Shown one piece after another: positions 56,443 through 64,000 of a DNA stretch of 64,000 nt. The stretch is from Terracidiphilus sp. GTDB taxonomy: Bacteria > Acidobacteriota > Terriglobia > Terriglobales > Acidobacteriaceae. The first letter of the stretch is position 1. Each line of letters begins with the position of its first letter. The notes under the pieces are model-generated. The model made no database searches and had not been told where the DNA came from. It saw nothing but the letters and a program-made list of their open reading frames with translations. Location of the stretch: the NCBI GenBank assembly GCA_035650595.1, contig DASRHE010000009.1, positions 86,831-150,830 on the forward strand, in the 5' to 3' direction. A program made the position numbers and the translations under genes.

Positions 56443-58596
56443 ATGCGCCTTGTGTTGCCTGTCTCGCTTCTTGCTTTCAGCTTTCCTGTCCTTTCCCTCT
56501 CACTCGCAGCGCAATCCGGAGCCCGTTCGGCTGCCGCATCGCGCCCTCCCGCACAGCCAGCTGCTCCGCAGCCCGTCAAAGACCTGCCTGTACGCAAGGT
56601 CGTTCTTTATAAAAATGGCGTCGGTTACTTTGAGCACGCGGGTACCGTCAACGGAAATCAGCGCGTCGCCATCGACTTCACCTCATCGCAGCTGAATGAC
56701 GTGCTGCAGTCGCTCACCGTGCTTGACCAGGGCGGCGGACATATTGCGAACGTCAACTACAACTCCACAATGCCGATCGAGCAGCAACTGCAGAGTCTCG
56801 CGCTGGGATTGAATGATTATCCGCCCACCACGGCTATCTATCAGGCTCTGCGTGGGCAGCGCGTCGAGGTCACCGGCGCGGGCACGGGGTTTACCGGCCG
56901 GCTCGTCAACATCGAACTCCGCAAGGAAACGGACAAGAACGGAACCACGTCGGAAGACCACTACTTTCTGATCGTCGAAACCGATTCAGGAGCACTGCGC
57001 ACGGCGGAGTTATCGGATGCACTCTCGGTGCGTATGCTCGATCCCGCGCTCGAAAAGCAGTTCTCTGAGTATCTCGGCATCATCGCCTCGGCGCAGAATC
57101 AGCAGGAGCGCCATCTCACGCTGGAGGCGTCGGGAGACGGTGAGCGGCAGATTGACGTGAGCTATATCAGCGCCGTGCCGGTCTGGAAGTCGACCTATCG
57201 CGTGGTCTTTCCGCGCGAGGCAAGTGGCAACGCAATCGTGCAGGGCTGGGCCGTCGTGGACAACACCGTAGGCGCGGATTGGGATAACGTGCAACTCTCA
57301 CTGGTCGCCGGCGCGCCGCAGAGCTTTATCCAGCCGCTATCGCAGCCGATCTACACCCATCGACCGGAAGTGCCGATCGCGGTCGCGCAGCAGACCATGC
57401 CGGAGACGCATGAGGCGGCGGAGAGTGTGACCGTTAATTCAGAAATGATGAACGGAGCGCTGGCGCCGCCTCCACAAGTCACAAGGCCAATGGCCAAAGC
57501 CCTAGACAGAGCGGCAGGAATAGTCGGCGGCATCGGCTCAGGTTACGCTGGCGGTGTTTATCGCGCCACAGACGCACTCCAGGCAGGCGACGTCTCCACC
57601 AACGCCTTCGACGATTACTTCGAGTACGCCCTCACGCAACCGGTCACGATTCATAAGAATGAGTCGGCAATGGTGCCGATCCTACAGGAAAGCCTGCCCG
57701 CAGAGCACGTCACGCTGTGGAGCAGCAAGCAGAGGCAGCCGTTGCGCGCCGTCTGGCTCGAAAACAAATCGAAGCTCACGCTCGACGCGGGCAGTTTTTC
57801 GATCTTCGAGAACGGCGAGTTTGCCGGCGAGGGCCTGCTCGATCCGATTCATCCCAACGAAAAGCGGCTGCTCTCCTATGCCGTGGATCAAGCTGTGAAA
57901 GTGCATTCCGGCAACGTTGGGAATACGCGCAGGCTGCATCATGTGGCTATTCACAAGGGCATCCTGGTGCAGACAACCGATCAACTTACCGATACCACGT
58001 ACACGATCAACAACACCGCAGACGAGGCGCGCACTGTGGTGATTGAACACCCACGACAACCAAATGCGCAACTCGAGTCCGATGTGAAGCCCGACGAAAC
58101 CACGGCGACGGCTTATCGCTTTCGCGTCAATGTTGCGCCGCATCAATCGACCGATCTGCATGTGGCCGAGCGCGCCAAGCTCTTCGAGACGGTACGAATC
58201 AATCCCGATGAGGACCAGACCGATTTCCTGGTGACGGTAAGCAAGTACACGCCGGAGCTCGAAGAAAAATTGCGCCCCCTCATCGAGGCAGAAACCACGC
58301 TCGCCGACATCAATAGCAAGCTCAGCGAGAACGATGAGACGCAGAAGGCTCTGGCCGGCGACGAAGCGCGCGATCGCGACAACATCACAGCGCTCAAGGG
58401 CAACGAGGCCGCCAAGCGCTTTATTGAAGCGCTCAGCCACACCGAGGACCAGATTGACGCGGCGCGCAAGCAGCAGGCGGATCTCGAAAAGCAGCGCGAC
58501 ACAGCGCGGGCCAATCTCGATGCCCTGATTGCGAAGATGTCCTTCGATACCGATCTCGATGTGGCCTTGCCCACGAATCAGAATGAGCAGCCTTGA
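56443..58596 (+). CDS. secreted DUF4139/MuiA-like protein with C-terminal coiled coil
   Basis: Signal peptide after the ATG at 56443 (AGGAGA upstream). The N-terminus VRKVVLYKNGVGYFEHAGTVNGNQRVAIDFTSSQLNDVLQSLTV resembles the DUF4140/DUF4139 architecture (from memory). The last ~130 aa are heptad-rich (EEKLRPLIEAE...QADLEKQRDTARANLDALI). Confidence 0.5.
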   Translation: MRLVLPVSLLAFSFPVLSLSLAAQSGARSAAASRPPAQPAAPQPVKDLPVRKVVLYKNGVGYFEHAGTVNGNQRVAIDFTSSQLNDVLQSLTVLDQGGGHIANVNYNSTMPIEQQLQSLALGLNDYPPTTAIYQALRGQRVEVTGAGTGFTGRLVNIELRKETDKNGTTSEDHYFLIVETDSGALRTAELSDALSVRMLDPALEKQFSEYLGIIASAQNQQERHLTLEASGDGERQIDVSYISAVPVWKSTYRVVFPREASGNAIVQGWAVVDNTVGADWDNVQLSLVAGAPQSFIQPLSQPIYTHRPEVPIAVAQQTMPETHEAAESVTVNSEMMNGALAPPPQVTRPMAKALDRAAGIVGGIGSGYAGGVYRATDALQAGDVSTNAFDDYFEYALTQPVTIHKNESAMVPILQESLPAEHVTLWSSKQRQPLRAVWLENKSKLTLDAGSFSIFENGEFAGEGLLDPIHPNEKRLLSYAVDQAVKVHSGNVGNTRRLHHVAIHKGILVQTTDQLTDTTYTINNTADEARTVVIEHPRQPNAQLESDVKPDETTATAYRFRVNVAPHQSTDLHVAERAKLFETVRINPDEDQTDFLVTVSKYTPELEEKLRPLIEAETTLADINSKLSENDETQKALAGDEARDRDNITALKGNEAAKRFIEALSHTEDQIDAARKQQADLEKQRDTARANLDALIAKMSFDTDLDVALPTNQNEQP

Positions 58597-58672
58597 AAAA
58601 CTGCGCTCTTGGTGTCGCGAGTATGAGGAGTAAACTGGTCGCGTATCCACAGCAACTTTGAAGGCGGCGCGC

Positions 58673-59767
58673 ATGAAGCGAATTGGCGTTCTGTTTGGCG
58701 TGGAGAATAGCTTTCCCAGCGCTCTGGTGGAACGCATCAACATCCGAAAGAACGATGGGGCTCGGAACGCCGACGGCATCATCGCGGAGTTTGTCCAGAC
58801 CGGCGCAGTGCCGCTTGATCAGCAGCCGCGCTACTCGCTGATCTTGGATCGCATCTCGCACAGCGTACCGTTCTATCGTGCGTTTCTAAAGCACGCGGTT
58901 CTCAACGGCACAATCGTTATCAACAATCCGTTCTGGTGGTCGGCTGATGACAAGTTCTTTAACTATGCTCTGGCTGCCCGATTGGGTGTGGCTGTGCCTC
59001 CAACCGTGATGCTGCCGCACAAACAGCCTCCCGAGGGAACCACCGATCGCTCTTTGCGCAATCTCGAATATCCCCTCGATTGGGAGAGCGTCTTTGCCCG
59101 CGCAGGCGAGCATGGCTTTCTCAAGCCGATTGATGGCGGCGGCTGGTGCGATGTGCACGAAGTGCATAGCCGTGAAGAGTTCTTCCGCGCTTATGATGAA
59201 TCCCGCGACCTGTGCATGGTGTATCAGAAAGCTGTCGCGTTTACGGATTATTTTCGCTGCTATGTGGTCGGGCAGAAGCAGGTGCGGATCATGCCCTACG
59301 ATCCGCGTCGCACGCACACCGAGCGCTACGTGCAGGACGCCGGCAGGGGACCTGCCGGCAAAAGGCTGCTCAAACGCATCGAGCAGGATGCGCTGAAGCT
59401 CTGCCGCGCACTCGGCTATGACTTGAACAGCGTCGAGTTCGCCATAGAAAACGGCGTTCCCTACGCGATCGACTTCATGAACCCCGCTCCGGATGCCGAT
59501 CTCAACTCCGTCGGACCGGAAAACTTCGAGTGGATCGTGGACCAGGTCGCCGAAATGATGATCGCTAAGGCCAGCGCGACGCCGAGCACGCCGGAGTTGC
59601 GCTGGTCGGCCTTTCTGGGCGAATCCCCGCCGATAAAAATCGCCAAAAAGGCAGCTAAGCAAACCAGCTCAAGGTCCAAAAAGAAGAAATCGGCGAAAGC
59701 GGCGGAACCACTGGGGGCGATCGATACGATGCCGGTTCGCCTTGATGAAAAAGCGCTCCACTCTTGA
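58673..59767 (+). CDS. ATP-grasp fold protein (RimK/glutathione-synthetase-like) with lysine-rich C-terminal tail
   Basis: Pre-ATP-grasp and ATP-grasp pattern (...FLKPIDGGGWCDVHEV..., MVYQKAV..., NSVEFAIENGVPYAIDFMNPAPD). The tail is KIAKKAAKQTSSRSKKKKSAKAAE. Confidence 0.55.
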   Translation: MKRIGVLFGVENSFPSALVERINIRKNDGARNADGIIAEFVQTGAVPLDQQPRYSLILDRISHSVPFYRAFLKHAVLNGTIVINNPFWWSADDKFFNYALAARLGVAVPPTVMLPHKQPPEGTTDRSLRNLEYPLDWESVFARAGEHGFLKPIDGGGWCDVHEVHSREEFFRAYDESRDLCMVYQKAVAFTDYFRCYVVGQKQVRIMPYDPRRTHTERYVQDAGRGPAGKRLLKRIEQDALKLCRALGYDLNSVEFAIENGVPYAIDFMNPAPDADLNSVGPENFEWIVDQVAEMMIAKASATPSTPELRWSAFLGESPPIKIAKKAAKQTSSRSKKKKSAKAAEPLGAIDTMPVRLDEKALHS

Positions 59768-59860
59768 TTCCCGCCCTGTTTTCCTAGCTGACCGCGCTGT
59801 GCCGTTGACGATATTCTGAAAGCGCATGAGGATGCATCGGCAGACCGGGAGCGTGGTGCT

Positions 59861-61042
59861 TTGAATCCCACGCCCAAGGCGGGCACAGCGGGCCCGAGTT
59901 TTGCCGCTGTCGGTCGCTTTGTCGCAGAGGTTGAGTCCGCAGCAGCAGGCAAAGGTCGGCTTCGTCCCGGTTATGTGCTGACTGGAGATGAGATTTTTTT
60001 GCTCGACCGCTGCCGCGCTGCCGTTCTCAAGGCCTTTGTCCCGCCGGACCTCAAGGATTTCTGCCTTTCTGATCTGGATTTAGCCGGCACCTCAATCTTC
60101 GAAGTGCTGGACCGCGCGCAGACGCCCTCCCTGATGGCGCCGTTTCAGGTTATCTTCATCCGCAACATCCGCCAGCTCTACACGCGGGGCGCCAAGAAAG
60201 ACGAGTTCGCAGCGCTCGATCGCTACTTCCGCTCGCCGAATCCGCAGGCAGTTCTTCTGTTCATCGCGGACTTCCTGCGCATCCCCAGCGACGCCCGGCG
60301 TATGGATATGGATGACAAGAACCGCTATGAGCGGCTCACCGAAACACTGGGCGAGCACTGCGGCATGGTGGAGTTGGCGCGCGTCAACGAAGAAGATGCG
60401 ATGCGGTGGGCCGTTGCGACTGCGCAGGAGTCCAACATTCGTTTGGAGTCCGACGCGGCCCGCGAGCTGGTCGACGCGCTGGGCGCGGACATGATGCTGA
60501 TCTCATCAGAACTGGAGAAGCTGCTGTTGTATGCGACGGGGCGTGGTCGGATTACGCTCGGCGACGTGGAGACAATGGTGCTGGGCGCCAAGCAGCGCTC
60601 GCTCTTTGAGCTGACTGACGCCATCAGCGCCCGCGACCGGGTGCGCGCGCTGGCGCTGCTGCAGGGCCTTCTCAATAGCTCGGATGCCGGCGAAGACGCG
60701 GCCATCGGACATCTCTACATGCTGGCGCGCACCTTCCGGCAGATGCTGGTGATTCTCGAAAAAAACGTGCGCGACTCGCGCGCCATCTGGCAGGCGCTGT
60801 GGCAGGGCTTCCGGATTCCGCCTTTTGCCGCTGACGACCTGATTCGCCAGGCGCGCCGCTACAAGAGCCGCCGCGAGCTGACGCGCGCTCTGCGCCTGAT
60901 TGCGCGTGCCGATCTCGAACTGCGCTCCTCGCCGCCAGATAAGCGGCTGGTTCTCGAGCGGCTCGTTTACAACCTCGCGCTCGAACCGCAAGTTCAGGCT
61001 TCGGTATGGGCGCAGTTGTCGTTTGAAGCGCAGCTTGGCTGA
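59861..61042 (+). CDS. holA: DNA polymerase III subunit delta
   Basis: YVLTGDEIFLLDRCRAAVLKAF...FEVLDRAQTPSLMAPFQVIFIRN...LESDAARELVDALGADMMLISSELEKLLLY is the HolA domain I-III pattern. The TTG start has GGGAG upstream. Confidence 0.75.
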   Translation: MNPTPKAGTAGPSFAAVGRFVAEVESAAAGKGRLRPGYVLTGDEIFLLDRCRAAVLKAFVPPDLKDFCLSDLDLAGTSIFEVLDRAQTPSLMAPFQVIFIRNIRQLYTRGAKKDEFAALDRYFRSPNPQAVLLFIADFLRIPSDARRMDMDDKNRYERLTETLGEHCGMVELARVNEEDAMRWAVATAQESNIRLESDAARELVDALGADMMLISSELEKLLLYATGRGRITLGDVETMVLGAKQRSLFELTDAISARDRVRALALLQGLLNSSDAGEDAAIGHLYMLARTFRQMLVILEKNVRDSRAIWQALWQGFRIPPFAADDLIRQARRYKSRRELTRALRLIARADLELRSSPPDKRLVLERLVYNLALEPQVQASVWAQLSFEAQLG

Positions 61043-61066
61043 GAATCCTCTCCGCGCTCGCATCCA

Positions 61067-61984
61067 GTGGCGAAGCGCACAATGGAAGAGATGTCGACTG
61101 CCGCGACCTTCTTTACCCTGCCCAACGTAATCGCCGCTCTGCTGGTACTCGTCCCTTATCTTCTGGTGGCTTTTTCTCCGGAGGGTGCAGTGCGCAGCAT
61201 CCACCGGCTGCCGCAATGGGCACAGCTTTGCATGCCGGCATTCCTTAGCATTCCGTACGCAATCGTGGCCTGCGCGGGCGGCATCTTTCAGTGGGCATGG
61301 TTCGCTCTCTATGCAGGATTACCGATTCTGATCGCGGCGCTACTGCATCAGGCGGCGCAGGTCGACACAGCACAGCTCGGGAACTGGCGAGACTTTCTGA
61401 TTTTGGCCGTGCTCGGCGTCGCCGTGGACCTGCGCTGGTTTGAAGGCGCCTGGCCGGCGCACCTGGCGGTCTTCAACAAGATCATCCTGCTCAACGCAGG
61501 CATCTACGGTTTTGTTCTCATCCGGCAACTCGACGGAGCGGGGTTTGATTTACGCCTGCGCGTCGCCGATCTGGGAATCGGTCTGCGGGAAGCGGCGTTC
61601 TACACGCCCATCGCGCTCGCCGCCGGCTTATGGCTCGGCTTTCTGCACATCCATCGCGAGTGGCCCGGTGTGGCAATGATCGCCGGCGCGTGGACCTTCA
61701 CCTTCTTCTTCATCGCGGTTCCCGAAGAGCTGTTTTTTCGCGGATGGCTGCAGAATCTGCTGGAGCTGCGGATCGGCCGCACGTGGGCGCTCTTTGTCAC
61801 GGCGTCGCTCTTCGGGCTTGCGCACTTTAACAAACGTGCAGTTCACTTCAACTGGCGCTATGTGCTGCTGGCGGCGGCGGCCGGCATCTTCTACGGCCGG
61901 GCATGGCGGCACAACCGGCGCGTCGGAGCGTCCGCCGTAACGCACGCGACGGTCGACTCCATCTGGTCGCTATGGTTTCGGTAG
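61067..61984 (+). CDS. CPBP family intramembrane glutamic endopeptidase (CAAX protease/Abi family)
   Basis: Motif 1 is EELFFRG (61724-61741), motif 2 is FGLAHF and motif 3 is HATVD. Polytopic membrane protein. The start is uncertain (GTG 61067, ATG 61082 or 61091). Confidence 0.75.
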   Translation: MAKRTMEEMSTAATFFTLPNVIAALLVLVPYLLVAFSPEGAVRSIHRLPQWAQLCMPAFLSIPYAIVACAGGIFQWAWFALYAGLPILIAALLHQAAQVDTAQLGNWRDFLILAVLGVAVDLRWFEGAWPAHLAVFNKIILLNAGIYGFVLIRQLDGAGFDLRLRVADLGIGLREAAFYTPIALAAGLWLGFLHIHREWPGVAMIAGAWTFTFFFIAVPEELFFRGWLQNLLELRIGRTWALFVTASLFGLAHFNKRAVHFNWRYVLLAAAAGIFYGRAWRHNRRVGASAVTHATVDSIWSLWFR

Positions 61985-62713
61985 AGGATGAGCCAATGGA
62001 TAGGGCGAGGAAGTATGCCGGTGCTGCTGATAGCGCACGTAACCCAGACCGACGCGCATATTATGATCCACCGGCCCCGGAATCGTAACAGCCACCGCAA
62101 TGCCAAGAATGGCATGCGCCAGGGCCAGCGAGTAGAGATTGCGGTAGCGAAGGAAGACCAGGCAGGCAACGAATCCCCAGATCAGCGTCATGGGAGTCAG
62201 AATGACGCTGGGCAGATGGGCCGTCGCAAACAGCAGCGATGCTGCAAAGGCAGCGTGGATCGAGTTAGGAATCAGCCGCAAAAGCCGCTGCAGAAAAACC
62301 CCTTGCAGCAGCAACTGTTGTACCCCGCTCCATACCGCGTAGGCACAGTAGGTCGCCACAAAAGCCAGCGGCCCACGTGGCAAATGCAATGTATGCAGCC
62401 TGGCTGCAACAAAGACGGCCGCTCCTGCCAAAAGCGAAGCCAGGCCCACGATCCATGCTGAACGCCAGAAATTGCCCATCCGCAGGCCCATCGCCTTCCA
62501 GCCATCGAACGAACTGTAGGTAACAAGGACGACCGACGCAGCCGCGACCCACCAGAGATAGCGCTGCCAGGGCCTTGGTGTCCAGATGACGAGCAGGATC
62601 AGCCCGTACGGAATGCAGATTTCGATCAGATCGCGGAGCTTGCTTCGCTCATTCGCTGTGTTCTGCTCTCCGTACGGAATCACACTTGCGTAAGCCATGT
62701 TTGTCGGCCGCAC
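61970..62713 (-). CDS. CPBP-like membrane protein with degenerate catalytic motif (EExxxR replaced by QQLLLQ)
   Basis: Same topology and motif spacing as CPBP: QQLLLQG (codons 62303-62320), then FATAH, then LAHAILG. Its 3' end overlaps the convergent canonical CPBP gene by 15 nt. Confidence 0.55.
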   Translation of the reverse strand: MRPTNMAYASVIPYGEQNTANERSKLRDLIEICIPYGLILLVIWTPRPWQRYLWWVAAASVVLVTYSSFDGWKAMGLRMGNFWRSAWIVGLASLLAGAAVFVAARLHTLHLPRGPLAFVATYCAYAVWSGVQQLLLQGVFLQRLLRLIPNSIHAAFAASLLFATAHLPSVILTPMTLIWGFVACLVFLRYRNLYSLALAHAILGIAVAVTIPGPVDHNMRVGLGYVRYQQHRHTSSPYPLAHPLPKP

Positions 62714-62854
62714 CGCGATCTTTCACTTATATAGAAACCGATTTCGAATAAAAGTTAGCCTGCCGAATAGTCGATCGCCCATTACCGTTGGTGCAGTTTT
62801 CCAAGCAACCGTTTCGAGCGATGTCATTACTCCAGCTCTGCTATTCGAGTCCCA

Positions 62855-63817
62855 TTATTCGAGGATGATCGGCGGCTCGGCTTCGTTGCCCCGCGTCGTC
62901 AGCGCGATCGCTGCTGCCAGAATCAGTGCGCCGCCGAGCCACGCATAGGGGCCCAGCCGTTCGCCAAGCAGTTCGACGCCGAGCACCGAACCGAGAGCCG
63001 GCTCGATATTCAGGAAGACTCCGGCTCGCGAAGCCGGCACATGATGAATTCCCCAGTTCCATAGCAGGGTTGTAGTCGCCGTACAGAGCAAGCCGCTTAC
63101 CGCCAGCGCGATCCAGGCCGTGAGGCTGATGTGCCCGAACGGCGGCGGCTCGACCTTCTGGTGCGTGAGTGGCGATAAAAGTTGGGGTCCAAGAACCAGG
63201 ACCAGCAGCATCGCCGTTCCCGACACGATGGTGTACGCCGTCACGACGGGCGGACTGTGTGTCTTCATCAGCTTTTTGCTGAGCAGAATCCAAGCAAGAG
63301 CCGTGATGAGCGAAGCGATCACCAGCAGATCGCCTGTGAGCGAGGGTGTTTCGCGGCCGGTGCTCACACGATTGCCGCCGAGCACGACCAGCGCCGCACC
63401 CACTGTCGACCCGCACAAAGCCAGCCAGCCGAACCAGTCGAGCGATTCCCCGGCAAACAATGCGGCGGCGGCGGCCAGCAGCACGGGCATGGCGCCCACC
63501 ATCAACGCCGCGTGGCTAACAGTTGTGCGCGCGAGGCCGTGAAACTGGAGCAGGAACTGGATGGGAATTCCGAAAAACGCGGCCAGCAGCAGAGTGCGCA
63601 GCTCCTCGCCGGTCAGCCGGGCTCGGCTATGGATCGCCACCGGCAGCATGCCGAGCGTGGCGAAGAGAAACCGGCAGAGCACCATGTGCTCCACGTTCAT
63701 CTCGTCGAGAGCCAAGCGTCCAAAGTAGAAGCCCGTTCCCCACAGAGTTCCGGCGAGTGCGCAGGCGCCGTAACCTAGAAACCTGAAGCTCCGGTTGTTG
63801 AGCGCCGGCTCTGCCAT
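62855..63817 (-). CDS. DMT superfamily (EamA-like) transporter
   Basis: Ten hydrophobic segments in two EamA-like halves. N-terminus ...ALAGTLWGTGFYFGRLAL... Confidence 0.75.
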   Translation of the reverse strand: MAEPALNNRSFRFLGYGACALAGTLWGTGFYFGRLALDEMNVEHMVLCRFLFATLGMLPVAIHSRARLTGEELRTLLLAAFFGIPIQFLLQFHGLARTTVSHAALMVGAMPVLLAAAAALFAGESLDWFGWLALCGSTVGAALVVLGGNRVSTGRETPSLTGDLLVIASLITALAWILLSKKLMKTHSPPVVTAYTIVSGTAMLLVLVLGPQLLSPLTHQKVEPPPFGHISLTAWIALAVSGLLCTATTTLLWNWGIHHVPASRAGVFLNIEPALGSVLGVELLGERLGPYAWLGGALILAAAIALTTRGNEAEPPIILE

Positions 63818-63895
63818 CCTCCCTTACTGTCGCATACGCCTTGGCACTAACGGTCAGAATCGAATTCGATATATCCTAAGAACAAGCGCAGAACA

Positions 63896-64000
63896 ATGGT
63901 TTCAAGTAGCAGCAACCGCGGCGAAAAGCTCCCTACCCTCAAGCTGACGGTGGTGCAGTACGGCATCTTGCTGATGATGCTGGCGTTGGCGGGCGGCTTG
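63896..64000 (+). CDS. partial CDS (5' end only); N-terminal membrane anchor, possibly a PBP2/MrdA-like protein
   Basis: The ATG at 63896 opens a frame that runs to the window edge: MVSSSSNRGEKLPTLKLTVVQYGILLMMLALAGGL. The pattern (short cytoplasmic tail, then one TM helix) resembles class B PBPs, but 35 aa is insufficient to decide. Confidence 0.3.
   Translation, partial: MVSSSSNRGEKLPTLKLTVVQYGILLMMLALAGGL

Overview
High-GC chromosomal window (roughly 58-60% by eye, not computed). The gene content looks like Acidobacteriota/Terriglobia: CarboxypepD_reg-type TonB-dependent receptors, a VWFA-related acidobacterial-type protein, and many TAT or lipoprotein exported enzymes. This taxonomic call is an inference. 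About 50 protein genes and 2 tRNAs are supportable. Housekeeping genes: alaC-like aminotransferase, bfr, pyrG, the rpsP-KH-rimM-trmD operon, holA, tRNA-fMet and tRNA-Lys. A mannoside/N-glycan-type utilisation locus (GH38 alpha-mannosidase, ROK kinase, LacI regulator, tandem-MBL exported protein, nagA, giant TonB receptor) shares a recurring TGGAATCGATTCCA palindrome. A 10-gene, translationally coupled minus-strand operon (28783-37156) joins a XoxF-type (DWD motif) PQQ alcohol dehydrogenase, a MoxJ-like protein and c-type cytochromes directly to a caa3-type cytochrome c oxidase and CtaG. The most unusual element is a ~1-kb ORF-free locus on the + strand (about 4785-5804). It consists of ~20 tandem, ~50-nt-spaced GNRA-tetraloop hairpins, each followed by (G)AAG, with compensatory stem changes between copies. 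An AT-rich promoter-like region precedes it and a very strong intrinsic terminator ends it. I read it as a candidate large repetitive structured ncRNA that I cannot assign to any known RNA family. No CRISPR array, transposase, integrase or recognisable defence system was seen. Many long ORFs in the track are antisense shadow ORFs of a high-GC genome and were rejected.
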